A stretch of 64,000 nucleotides of DNA from NCBI GenBank assembly GCA_016211945.1, contig JACRHV010000004.1, positions 2,649 through 66,648 on the forward strand, read 5' to 3'. The stretch's first letter is position 1, and the number at the start of each line of letters is the position of its first letter. Positions 48,341 to 57,874 of this stretch are shown piece after piece. The notes under the pieces are model-generated. The model was not told where the DNA came from. It saw only the letters and a program-made list of their open reading frames with translations, and ran no database searches. The DNA comes from Minisyncoccota bacterium. GTDB taxonomy: Bacteria; Patescibacteriota; Microgenomatia; UBA1400; UBA12028. The position numbers and the translations under genes are program-made.

Positions 48341-49600
48341 ATGGATAATTATCTTTATCCTCTTCCACGAAAAATATTACTCAAAAGATTTGAGAGCTTA
48401 TTCTGGTGTATTGCCCATCGCTCTTCCGTGAGCTTCGTCGGTCTTCCAGAAAGTGCAAAAAGCGGGTATCTTCAATTCATTCTCAGTAAACCAGACCATC
48501 TTGAGGAATTATTACAAGATCATATAAAAAATACTATTCTTGTCTATTTCTCGCCAATATCATTTGAGCCGAATAATCCATACGCATGGCTTCACCAACT
48601 CAACATTAAACTCGCTGAGATAGATTCGACATACCACTGCATACAAAGCAATGACCCTGTCATAGTGCTCTCTTCAATACAACACTATCTCATTCAGCTT
48701 CATGATCGAGGCAAGCATTGCGTTTTCATCATAAACAATCAGGAGTACTGGACCTCTTTGCCCTCTGTGGCAGGACAAATATGGAAAGCAATTTTTGATA
48801 CAAAAAGGCATCCGCCAAACCCGGCATGCTCACTTGTTTTCCTCCTTCACACATCTCCATACATCCTTCAAGATTCATCTGATTTTTTCCGCGAACTATA
48901 CATTCCTCTGCAAGAAAATGTGCTTTTCTTTCCAACTCTTTCTCAAGAAGAATCTTTATATACTATTCAACGTTTTTCTTCCTTTTCTCATAATGAGTTG
49001 TCCATTCAGATAAAAAATATGCTTGTTCAATATTCTGGTGGATATTATCCCGTTTTGAGAGAGAGCGTACGATTATTCTTCAGAGTGAAGAGAAAAATTA
49101 CGCAAAAGCATCTTCTTCAATTAGGGAAACATGACGTTCTTCTTTCTCTTTTTCAAAAGATGTGGGACTCATTCACCGAATCAGAAAAAAGTGTTTTGAG
49201 ACGTATTGTTCAGTACAAATCCGTTCCCAAAGATACAGAACAGCAACAATTTCTTTCTAGATTAGGAGTCATAGCAAACACCGGAAAACTCCAATCATTG
49301 TGGTTTGAGATATTTATCCGTGAAAAAATGTATCGCTCGGCATTATCGCCATTTGAGGTTGATCGATTTTCATATCTGTCCGGCATTGAACAAACATTGA
49401 TCCATGAATTTCTCAAACGGAAAAATGAAGTTATTTCCCGAGAAGAAATCGCTCAAATTCTCTGGGGAGAAAAATATCTTGAAAAATATTCTGATTGGGC
49501 GATAGATAAAACCATCTCGAGAATGCGAAAAAATATGGAACATCATCACTCTACTATTAGTGTTCAAACCATCAAGGGAAAAGGGTATCAAATCATATGA
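48341..49600 (+). CDS. Regulator with a degenerate STAND/AAA-like P-loop domain and a C-terminal OmpR-type winged HTH
   Basis: GLPESAKS (Walker A-like), VFIINN (Walker B-like), SGGYYP; ISREEIAQILWG...AIDKTISRMRK...TIKGKGY. Confidence 0.8.
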   Translation: MDNYLYPLPRKILLKRFESLFWCIAHRSSVSFVGLPESAKSGYLQFILSKPDHLEELLQDHIKNTILVYFSPISFEPNNPYAWLHQLNIKLAEIDSTYHCIQSNDPVIVLSSIQHYLIQLHDRGKHCVFIINNQEYWTSLPSVAGQIWKAIFDTKRHPPNPACSLVFLLHTSPYILQDSSDFFRELYIPLQENVLFFPTLSQEESLYTIQRFSSFSHNELSIQIKNMLVQYSGGYYPVLRESVRLFFRVKRKITQKHLLQLGKHDVLLSLFQKMWDSFTESEKSVLRRIVQYKSVPKDTEQQQFLSRLGVIANTGKLQSLWFEIFIREKMYRSALSPFEVDRFSYLSGIEQTLIHEFLKRKNEVISREEIAQILWGEKYLEKYSDWAIDKTISRMRKNMEHHHSTISVQTIKGKGYQII

Positions 49601-51207
49601 CAGCACGAACAGATCATGAAAATAGAATGCGAAGGATCACAGTCGGTGTTGATAATGTGCTTGTTATGGCGCAAAAACGATCAGAAATCCTTCAACCAGA
49701 TGAAGAAGATGAATCTTTTGTTATCCCTACTCTACAAACGATAACAGAACGGGAATCATCGATGATTCAATACATTCAATGCATGTTAAAAAATTCACAT
49801 CATCAGGCACAAATTGTCCTTGTCGGCGACGCTGCTTTAGCAGAAATTCGCGGATATCGATTACCAAGTCAAAAAACCACAGATCTTGATCTTCTTGTTA
49901 TAGGTGTGACTCAAGATGAGGTTGAGAAAGTATTACATGACCATCAGGCCGAAGGAAAATACACTATTTCATATGATTATGCTCGTACATATCCTGGAAA
50001 AAGAAAAATATACTATAGACTTACATTTAAAGATGGAGTTCAAGTACATGTCTTTTGCACCATTTTTCCAGACACAAAAGAGCAACTTCTTGATATTGGA
50101 GATGCGCTTCGCCACTTACCAAATGGAACCGTGGGAATTATTTGCGAAGGGCATGAGTATCGAGGATACTCACCATTTCAGAATGGGATTGACCATGTGC
50201 GCGACAATACCATTGTAGGCCATCCATTCCCAGAGGGCGTAGAATCTGGATCTATTGCAACATTTACCGCAGTACTTCGATGGATTATCGACACACAAAG
50301 ACTTCCGTATTTTTCTATTCCAAACGAGGACTATAACAAGATGAGACGATGGTCTGCCGCTTTTCAAGAACAGAATCTCACAGACGAAGAAACTCAAACA
50401 CTTGATGTTGTTCTTCACTCTGAACTTTCAAAAGCTTTTGATCGATTTGGAAAAAGTGATAACAGAGAAAGTGCATCAATTTTCTTTTGGAAACTTCAGT
50501 ACACTGGATTTCTTCAGGCATTACTTGGGCCGGCATGGTCAATTACCTCGCGGCGATTGTCTTCTCAAGATCCACATCGCCTTGCCTTGATGAATTTTTT
50601 TGGTCAGGAAAGTAGTTGGGAAATATTTCAGACAGCTTTTACATTATGTTCAGATATCCCAACAGCAGAAATCGCAGAAAGAACTGGATTACCACTTCCT
50701 GAACACTGGCATACATCAATCTATTGGAATAAAAAAGTACTGGAGAACATAAGTGAAAAACCATTAGTATTTGAGGGTATATACATCCCCGCTTCTCAAG
50801 TGATTCACCATCAAACTGCCGATAAAAAATATCATGCTGTTTCTTATCAAGATTTCATTACACGAAAGATACTATATGAAAAAGCTCATGATATTTATTG
50901 GAAACAAATTCAACCACGCATTGAACGATTTATTTTGAGAGAAAGGCGAGATATATATAAAGAAACAGGGCTCGATATTTTTGGCGGAAAAGAAGGTATT
51001 TTTGAGGAAATGGTGCGCACCGCAATTATTCGTCTATTGATGTCTGATGTGTTTGAGCAAGCTTTTTACCAATCGCTTACTCTGGCACAATACACTGATC
51101 TTTTATCAGCAGACACTTCTTTTACTTCAAAACTTGATAGACAACTTGCAGAACTTTTGAATGTGTGGCATAACATTCCTGTTGAAAAAAGACACAAAAC
51201 TACGTAA
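49597..51207 (+). CDS. Divergent class II (CCA-adding/poly(A) polymerase-like) nucleotidyltransferase
   Basis: LVGDAA...TDLDLLV, PFQNGIDHVRDNTI, AVLRWI, HSELSKAF, TGFLQALL follow the family layout; ATGA overlap with the regulator. Confidence 0.6.
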   Translation: MTARTDHENRMRRITVGVDNVLVMAQKRSEILQPDEEDESFVIPTLQTITERESSMIQYIQCMLKNSHHQAQIVLVGDAALAEIRGYRLPSQKTTDLDLLVIGVTQDEVEKVLHDHQAEGKYTISYDYARTYPGKRKIYYRLTFKDGVQVHVFCTIFPDTKEQLLDIGDALRHLPNGTVGIICEGHEYRGYSPFQNGIDHVRDNTIVGHPFPEGVESGSIATFTAVLRWIIDTQRLPYFSIPNEDYNKMRRWSAAFQEQNLTDEETQTLDVVLHSELSKAFDRFGKSDNRESASIFFWKLQYTGFLQALLGPAWSITSRRLSSQDPHRLALMNFFGQESSWEIFQTAFTLCSDIPTAEIAERTGLPLPEHWHTSIYWNKKVLENISEKPLVFEGIYIPASQVIHHQTADKKYHAVSYQDFITRKILYEKAHDIYWKQIQPRIERFILRERRDIYKETGLDIFGGKEGIFEEMVRTAIIRLLMSDVFEQAFYQSLTLAQYTDLLSADTSFTSKLDRQLAELLNVWHNIPVEKRHKTT

Positions 51208-51209
51208 AT

Positions 51210-52010
51210 CTACTTCTCCACCGCCACATAGGTCTTTGCGAAATCCACTTCCGCAGTTGCTGATTTCCCATCAACTTTCGTTGGGTAACTTTTCCACTCT
51301 TTTCCCGTCCAGGCCATAATGACGGCTGGTTTTGCATCGGATAACCGCAATGAGACTTTTACTTTACCATCTTGCATAGAGGTAGTTCCAGCAATAGAGT
51401 ATGGTCCCGCTAATACAGTTTTTTCCAAAGAACCGGGAAGACCTGGATTATTAAACACAATCACATATGCAGATCCTTTAAACAACTTTCCTGTTTCTAT
51501 CTGAAACTTCCCATCTCTTGAAGCAAAAGAGGTTTGTGGCTTTTTGTTATCAACATATGACCACTCGTTGGAAAGTTTGTAGTTCGCGTTATAAAACGTA
51601 AGGACTAAACTCCCACCGGTGACGTTTTCGTGATAGGTAATCTTTCCACCGCCACTTTTTGATCCAAGCAACACTGTTTTCACATACGGCGATTTTCCTC
51701 GGCCAAAATCAATAGAGCCAATTGCCGCCTCCTCTTTGTCTCCAGCCGAATACTGTAACTCATAGTCCACGCTCTCAGCCTTCTTCTGCAGATCACCAAT
51801 AGTCATCACAACCTCGCGTGCAGGAGTAGGCTCTAACATAACAAAGGGGCGCTCAGCCGCTGGTATTTGATTTATTGGTAAAGAGAGTTTTGGTTTTAGC
51901 GTTGGAGAAGGCGTGGTCGACGCCGTCTTCTTTCCCTTGTTCATCAATAAAAATACGCCGCCGCCTAAAACCGCAATGCCAACCAACAAAAGAAGGGTGA
52001 GTTTTTTCAT
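51210..52010 (-). CDS. Membrane-anchored secreted hypothetical protein
   Basis: N-terminal TM, Thr/Pro linker, beta-rich domains; ATGA overlap with glyQS. Confidence 0.75.
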   Translation of the reverse strand: MKKLTLLLLVGIAVLGGGVFLLMNKGKKTASTTPSPTLKPKLSLPINQIPAAERPFVMLEPTPAREVVMTIGDLQKKAESVDYELQYSAGDKEEAAIGSIDFGRGKSPYVKTVLLGSKSGGGKITYHENVTGGSLVLTFYNANYKLSNEWSYVDNKKPQTSFASRDGKFQIETGKLFKGSAYVIVFNNPGLPGSLEKTVLAGPYSIAGTTSMQDGKVKVSLRLSDAKPAVIMAWTGKEWKSYPTKVDGKSATAEVDFAKTYVAVEK

Positions 52011-53386
52011 TGCACTATTCCTTTCAGTTCGTCTACTGCGACTCGTGTTTGTTCTGCTGTATCTCTATTACGTACCGTTACGGTGTTGTCCTCGAGCGTT
52101 TGGTAGTCTACCGTAATGCAGTACGGCGTTCCAATCTCATCCTGCGCCATGTATCGCTTTCCTATATTTCCACGATCATCCCACGCAACTGCTCGATCCA
52201 ATCTCAACATATCATAGACAGCACGCGCTTTCTCAACGAGCTCCGGTTTGTTGGAAACGAGTGGAAATACCGCGGCTTTATATGGCGCCAGGCTTGGATG
52301 CAGTTTCAACACAACACGCTGTTTCGCTTCATCAAACCAATAGGCATCACAGAGAATCATCAAGAATAGCCGAGTTATCCCAACCGCAGGCTCGATGACA
52401 TGCGGAACAATTCTTGTCCCCGTTTGCGGATTCACATACGACAAATCCACACCAGAGAACTTGATGTGTTGACTTAAGTCATAATCAGTTCTGTAAGCCA
52501 AACCCCAGAGTTCTTTGTATCCAAACGGGTAGTTGTACTCTAGGTCTTCTGTACGCTTACTATAGAAACTGCGTTCTTCATCGGTGTGTGTGCGCCACCT
52601 CAGATTTTTTGGTTGAACCCCAAGTTGCTCCGTAACAAACGCCCACATATCCTTCTTCCACTGTTCATACAGTGGCTCCCACGGTGTCACCTGAGGATCA
52701 AAGAAGTACTCAATTTCTCCCTGCTCGAACTCAAGCGTGCGGAACACAAAGTTTCCTTTTGTGATCTCGTTGCGAAAACTCTTTCCGAGCTGTCCAATAC
52801 CAAACGGCAGTTTTACTCGGGAAGAATCAACGACATTCTTGAAGTTTACGAACATTCCCTGCGCGGTCTCACCACGAAGATAGGCGAGCGACTGCGATTC
52901 TTCGAGGATTCCGAGCTGCACAGGAAAAAGAAGGTTGAACTTGCGCACTGAGGTCCAGTCGAACTTCCCACAGGATGGACAGGGGATTTTTTCTTTCTGA
53001 ATAATTGCGTTGAGTTCTTCGTCTGACTTCCCCTCAACCTTCTCAGTTGTGTTTTGCGACTCAAAGTATGCCTCGATGAGATGATCTGCGCGCGTTCTCA
53101 TTTTGCACGCTTTACAATCGACCATCGCGTCAGCAAATCCCGCAACATGCCCGGAGGCCTTCCAGATATTTGCATGCGAGATAATACTCGCGTCCAGTCC
53201 AACCATGTCTGTTCGAGATTCAATAAATGTTTTCCACCAGATGTTTCGAATATTGCGCAACAACGCAGCTCCCATAGGACCGTAGTCATAAAGGTTTGCC
53301 AATCCGCCGTAAATTTCAGAATTTTGGAACACAAAACCACGACGCTTGGCCAAAGCAACAATCGTGTCCAGTGTGAGTTGGTTCAT
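52007..53386 (-). CDS. glyQS: Glycine--tRNA ligase, alpha2 type
   Basis: KRRGF, YDYGPMG, SGH, LRGETAQG, FRNEI, EFEQ, PHVIEP, IGKRY...QDEIGTP; AAGGAGG RBS. Confidence 0.97.
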   Translation of the reverse strand: MNQLTLDTIVALAKRRGFVFQNSEIYGGLANLYDYGPMGAALLRNIRNIWWKTFIESRTDMVGLDASIISHANIWKASGHVAGFADAMVDCKACKMRTRADHLIEAYFESQNTTEKVEGKSDEELNAIIQKEKIPCPSCGKFDWTSVRKFNLLFPVQLGILEESQSLAYLRGETAQGMFVNFKNVVDSSRVKLPFGIGQLGKSFRNEITKGNFVFRTLEFEQGEIEYFFDPQVTPWEPLYEQWKKDMWAFVTEQLGVQPKNLRWRTHTDEERSFYSKRTEDLEYNYPFGYKELWGLAYRTDYDLSQHIKFSGVDLSYVNPQTGTRIVPHVIEPAVGITRLFLMILCDAYWFDEAKQRVVLKLHPSLAPYKAAVFPLVSNKPELVEKARAVYDMLRLDRAVAWDDRGNIGKRYMAQDEIGTPYCITVDYQTLEDNTVTVRNRDTAEQTRVAVDELKGIVQ

Positions 53387-53406
53387 AGAACCTCCTTTTT
53401 CTCTAC

Positions 53407-53530
53407 AAAAAAGCCCTCCAGCTTTCTTGTTGCTGCAGGGACCCACTTGGGCGGTTCCACCCTACTTCGTTTGCTTGCGCAGACGCTCTTTCTTTCTTTT
53501 GCACTCCCGGCTGCCAACCGATCACTATGC
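53407..53530 (-). ncRNA. Miniature glyQS T-box riboswitch with ultrashort Stem I (GGC specifier), no Stem II, Stem III, antiterminator and terminator
   Basis: Stem I GCAT-AGT-GAT-CGGT-TGGCA-GCCG-GGA-GTGC; T-box AGGGTGGAACCGC 53451-53463; terminator CCCTGCAGC...GCTGGAGGG-CTTTTTT. Confidence 0.85.
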
Positions 53531-53542
53531 GTTCTACAAAGA

Positions 53543-53570
53543 AGTATACGTGGCTGTACGCGATTGTCAA
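53543..53570 (-). promoter_or_regulatory. glyQS promoter TTGACA-N16-TATACT
   Basis: -35 at 53565-53570, -10 at 53543-53548, 12 nt upstream of Stem I. Confidence 0.75.
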
Positions 53571-53574
53571 ATGC

Positions 53575-54117
53575 TTACTTCTTCACCGTCAAAAATGCGA
53601 AACTATGCATCTTTCTCTCCGAGAGAAACTCGACATACTCTGATACAGACTCAAATTTTGTATCATCGATATCCTGAAATCCCAATGTCCCCATGATATC
53701 TTTTAACATCTCAATAATTTCTCTCCTATGCGAAGCATCAGACTGATTCAGCGTCCGCAAAATCTCCACCGCAACATCAAACACCCCATCCTGCGTCTCT
53801 TCCTCTACCATCACGGTATCAAAAATCTCTAATACCTGAGAAAGACTCTTTGTGGTATGGAGACTTTTTCTGCTCTCTGGAAAATCTTCAATGATCTGCG
53901 CTTGGGTCAAGATCGGCAACCCATGCCCCTTAGCACAGAAAATCTTTGAGTACATTCCAGGTTCAAGTGCAGATCGTTTGGATGAAGTTGTTTTGCGTAC
54001 ACCCTTTGCAACGCACGAGATCTTACCGTAGTCTCGTGTAAAAAGTGTGACGATACGATCAGCTTCCCCAGCATTCGAACGTTTAAGTACGATTCCCTCT
54101 GTTGCAAACGTTCGCAT
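53575..54117 (-). CDS. recO: DNA repair protein RecO (short form)
   Basis: EGIVLKR, GEADRIVTLFT..GKI...AKGVRK; recO-glyQS synteny. Confidence 0.92.
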   Translation of the reverse strand: MRTFATEGIVLKRSNAGEADRIVTLFTRDYGKISCVAKGVRKTTSSKRSALEPGMYSKIFCAKGHGLPILTQAQIIEDFPESRKSLHTTKSLSQVLEIFDTVMVEEETQDGVFDVAVEILRTLNQSDASHRREIIEMLKDIMGTLGFQDIDDTKFESVSEYVEFLSERKMHSFAFLTVKK

Positions 54118-54138
54118 CTTCGATTACCCCATAGTACG

Positions 54139-56121
54139 TTAGAACGCAATCTTCACCATCGAATCTTTATCAACAATAATCTCTTGCTCACTACCATTCA
54201 CGCGCATCAGGTGTTTGATTCCCGGCGTTCCGCCCTGCTTCTGCACGTACATACGATATTCTTTGGAATCGGTATATGGCACGGTGTAGGTAATCTTAAT
54301 CTTTGCTTGATTAAGCGGCTGGAGCATAAACACACCCTCATAGACCATATGACCAAGTTCCTCACTCGTTTTTGTTGTTCCTGTATCGAATCCAAGCGAC
54401 TCTGTCACCTCTGCACCTTTTGGAAGATACACACGCACCCAATCAGTGAGGCGGCCGTTCAAACATAATTCACCTGCCTCCAAATTACAGTTTGATGGCG
54501 GAAATGGATTCTTGTAGGTCATTGCCAAAGTTTTCTTTACTCGACCATTCTGCGGTAAATCAATTTCTTCCTCAACTTGCTGTTGGACAAAAAGATTGGA
54601 CTTTGCACCACCGAGGTTTGTATCCACAATAAAAAGATAATCTGAGTTTTCCGGCGTCGGCTTGATACGCCCAGCAGCGCCAATGGACTCTGCCGCAGCC
54701 TGCGACTTCTCATCAAAGAAGTAGAACTGCACGTGTTTGCCTTCTATGCTCTTCCACGCCTCCTCAAACAGCTGTGGCCACAGCTGTTTTGGTGCGGTGT
54801 AGGCTTTGGACAAAATGCTATGCATCATCGGTCCGATAATCCCCTTGCGGTTGGTGCGCAGGTAGGGGGTTGGGCGATCAACAATCTCGGACATTGCATA
54901 AATGATTTGCGGACAATCACACCGCTTGTCTTTTTCCGCACTAAACGTACCGTATCCTGGAACTTCCACTGGACCTAAAATAGAGACGAGTTTTTCTAAG
55001 ACATTGGTATCTACTGCAATAATGCCGTCGATTTCCTTTGATTCACCAGGTAATTTTGACATATACGACCAAAACACATCCATAGAGTTCTTATAATCCG
55101 GCGACAAGTTCATGTCGCGCAGATTCCATCGCGTTTCTGTCTTTAAGTATTGTTTCAAGATTGGTGGAATTTCCGGCTTATTCCTAAATTTTTTATCTAA
55201 CTCATAAATATCATCCGACCGCTCCGGCGTTACTCGTCCGTCCTCAACAAACATCGTGGAAAACGCAGTCATAAATCCTCCGGTTGGTCGAAGTTCGTTG
55301 TCGTTCTGGAACAAGACCAAATATTTTTTGCGATGTCCATCACCTCCCGCAATAGCGGGCAATACTTCTAATACCGGCTTTGCCTCAATAACGGCTTGTG
55401 AGGCTCCTGCACTTAACTTTTTCATTGTGACAATACGCTCGCGAATCATGGTCCCGCGGAAAGATTCTGGGTATCGTTTTTCATCGATTTGGCCCAACTC
55501 TTTTCCTACTACGTCAAGTTTTGCCGTTAAATCATCAACAACGGGCGTCACCTTAGAAAGCGTAGCAATAATGAGCTTCAATCGATTTTCAATTGAGCCA
55601 CCGGTAAATGTGCCAGCACCAGTAAATCCCAGAACATCGGCGTACGGTTCAACCGCGTTCACCGCGATTTTTGCTGCCTCAACTCCAGCCTCCCCAGCAT
55701 TCAATGCATGCTCGCCATCGGTATAGTATGCGCTGGCTAGAGGTATGGACTTCACCCAAGCCAAAGCTTGATACTTTTCTCGAAGATCTTTAAATTTTTG
55801 CTCTGTTTCTTGGATTTTACTACTGGCCTCAATGAGATTTTGAGCCTTGAGTGCGTCGTATGCGCCACGCGCGGGGACCTCGATTTGACGCGCAACGATA
55901 AGGAGACCTCCTACTTCACCGATCATCTTCCATCCCACAAGTGCTAGGCTCCCTGCAACAATAAGGAGAACGACGAAAAACACAAGGAAGAATTTGACAA
56001 ATTTTGGTACACCTTTTTTGCTGTCTTTCTTCTTTAATGCCTCAGCAAGTGGATTTGTGTGGACACTTTCCTGAGGAGTTGGGGAAATCGTCTCTATTTT
56101 TTGAACATCGAGCTCGTCCAT
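54139..56121 (-). CDS. DUF4012-family membrane-anchored protein
   Basis: YLVLFQNDNELRPTGGF, LRDMNLSPD, NLGGAKSN, WVRVYLPKG, QKQGG. Confidence 0.8.
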   Translation of the reverse strand: MDELDVQKIETISPTPQESVHTNPLAEALKKKDSKKGVPKFVKFFLVFFVVLLIVAGSLALVGWKMIGEVGGLLIVARQIEVPARGAYDALKAQNLIEASSKIQETEQKFKDLREKYQALAWVKSIPLASAYYTDGEHALNAGEAGVEAAKIAVNAVEPYADVLGFTGAGTFTGGSIENRLKLIIATLSKVTPVVDDLTAKLDVVGKELGQIDEKRYPESFRGTMIRERIVTMKKLSAGASQAVIEAKPVLEVLPAIAGGDGHRKKYLVLFQNDNELRPTGGFMTAFSTMFVEDGRVTPERSDDIYELDKKFRNKPEIPPILKQYLKTETRWNLRDMNLSPDYKNSMDVFWSYMSKLPGESKEIDGIIAVDTNVLEKLVSILGPVEVPGYGTFSAEKDKRCDCPQIIYAMSEIVDRPTPYLRTNRKGIIGPMMHSILSKAYTAPKQLWPQLFEEAWKSIEGKHVQFYFFDEKSQAAAESIGAAGRIKPTPENSDYLFIVDTNLGGAKSNLFVQQQVEEEIDLPQNGRVKKTLAMTYKNPFPPSNCNLEAGELCLNGRLTDWVRVYLPKGAEVTESLGFDTGTTKTSEELGHMVYEGVFMLQPLNQAKIKITYTVPYTDSKEYRMYVQKQGGTPGIKHLMRVNGSEQEIIVDKDSMVKIAF

Positions 56122-56137
56122 GGGCAGTTCTCCTTCA

Positions 56138-56758
56138 TCACCACTTAGAAATCATCGCCTGTGGTGTCCGTACGAGAATCAGCATATCATTCCAGATGGA
56201 GCGTTGTCTAGCATACTCTGCGTCCATCTTCGCACGGATGTTAAATGGAATCTCGTTTCTTCCGGAAGTTTGCCAAGGACCGGTAATTCCCGGTTTCACA
56301 GATAGAATTTCACGCACCAACTTCTGCGTTTCCGGATATTTGTGTTGCTGTTCTTCCAACTCTTTAGCGACGTATGCTCGAGGACCCACCATGCTCATAT
56401 CTCCCTTAAACACATTGTACAATTGTGGAAACTCATCGATGGTCAGTGATCGTAAAATTTTCCCTAACTTTGTAATGCGTGGATCGTTTTTTAGCTTCCA
56501 ATCGCCCTTTTTAAACTCACGCAAAAGTCTTTTATCTTTTCTGTGCAAAATATCATCGGCATCCTCGACCATAGAACGAAACTTGTAGAGATAAATAATC
56601 TTTCCATTCTTTCCTACACGTTTGTGCGTAAAAATCACCGGACCTTCTGAATCAAGCATAATGAGAATGGGAACGATAATCCACACCGGTAAAAATATCA
56701 CCGTCAAGATTGAGGCGACCACAAGATCCATCATGCGTTTTTGCGTTTCGTATGTCAT
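56138..56758 (-). CDS. Priming phosphoglycosyltransferase (bacterial sugar transferase)
   Basis: KRMMD, YKFRSM, DPRIT, DEFPQL, GDMSMVGPR, KPGITG. Confidence 0.93.
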   Translation of the reverse strand: MTYETQKRMMDLVVASILTVIFLPVWIIVPILIMLDSEGPVIFTHKRVGKNGKIIYLYKFRSMVEDADDILHRKDKRLLREFKKGDWKLKNDPRITKLGKILRSLTIDEFPQLYNVFKGDMSMVGPRAYVAKELEEQQHKYPETQKLVREILSVKPGITGPWQTSGRNEIPFNIRAKMDAEYARQRSIWNDMLILVRTPQAMISKW

Positions 56759-56770
56759 AGGTTTACCAAA

Positions 56771-57874
56771 TTAGAGATATTCTTTTTTCTTCTCTTCTTT
56801 GAGTTTCTCAACAATCTTCTTTACGTCCTGCGATTTACTCTTCGGCATCACAAGTAAAATTTCTTTTGTATCAATAACAATCATATTCTCTACATCGACA
56901 AGTGCAACAAGTCTCCCGTTCGCACTGACAAGATTATCGTGTGACTGATACTCAACAATCTCTCCTCCATCCTCTTCGCGTAAAATAACATTTCCTTGCT
57001 GATCTTTTTGCGCAAGATCGTACACCACTTTCCAGTCGCCTACGTCATTCCAACCAAAATCTCCGGGAATTAAAAGAAGGTTATCAGCCTTCTCGCTGAT
57101 TGCATAATCGATCGAGATACTTTCTGTTCTCTCATACGCATCGTGAAGCGCCTTCTCCCATTCCGGTTTTCCGATATGTTTTTTGAGTTCAATAAGTAAG
57201 AGGGCTGTATTTGGTGCGTACTTCTCAAATGCTCTCTCAATTGCTCGACATGACCATACGTAGTTATTTGCATTCCAAAAATATTTTCCTGTCGTTAGAA
57301 AGGCCGTTGCTGTCGTTGTGTTAGGTTTTTCTGTGAAGTTTTCAACCGTAAAAACTGGTAGTTTATTTGTTTGACACAACTCTTTTCCTATCTTGATATA
57401 TCCAAGTCCCGTATGTGGAAAAGTAGGTGAAATTCCGACTGTAACTAACTCATTTCCATCAGATGCCGTTTGAGCCGCTGTTTCCATGACATGCATAAAC
57501 TCACCGGGATTCTGCACCACGTGATCTGAGGCGAAGTTCATCACAACGGCTTCTGGATCGCGAGCCTGAATAACCAAGGCGCCCACTGCCATTGCCATTG
57601 CAGTTTCGCGCTTCATTGGTTCGCACAGGATGTGATTATCTGAAATTTCTGGGAGATTTTTTTTGACATCAGCGAGCTGCGACACGTTTGTGATGATGTA
57701 CATGTGATCCCAATCCACAAGTTTTCGCACACGCTCTGCTGTAGTACGCAATAACGTTTTCTCACCGCCTAATTTTAAGAACTGCTTCGGCGTTTTCTCA
57801 CGGGACTTTGGCCACAACCGCGTCCCTCCACCACCCGCCAAGATAAGCGCAAAGGTGTGTGATGGTGTGTTCAT
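56771..57874 (-). CDS. manC: Mannose-1-phosphate guanylyltransferase
   Basis: ILAGGGGTRLWPKSR, PKQF, SDH, GYI, FTEKP, SIDYAI, WNDVGDW. Confidence 0.92.
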   Translation of the reverse strand: MNTPSHTFALILAGGGGTRLWPKSREKTPKQFLKLGGEKTLLRTTAERVRKLVDWDHMYIITNVSQLADVKKNLPEISDNHILCEPMKRETAMAMAVGALVIQARDPEAVVMNFASDHVVQNPGEFMHVMETAAQTASDGNELVTVGISPTFPHTGLGYIKIGKELCQTNKLPVFTVENFTEKPNTTTATAFLTTGKYFWNANNYVWSCRAIERAFEKYAPNTALLLIELKKHIGKPEWEKALHDAYERTESISIDYAISEKADNLLLIPGDFGWNDVGDWKVVYDLAQKDQQGNVILREEDGGEIVEYQSHDNLVSANGRLVALVDVENMIVIDTKEILLVMPKSKSQDVKKIVEKLKEEKKKEYL

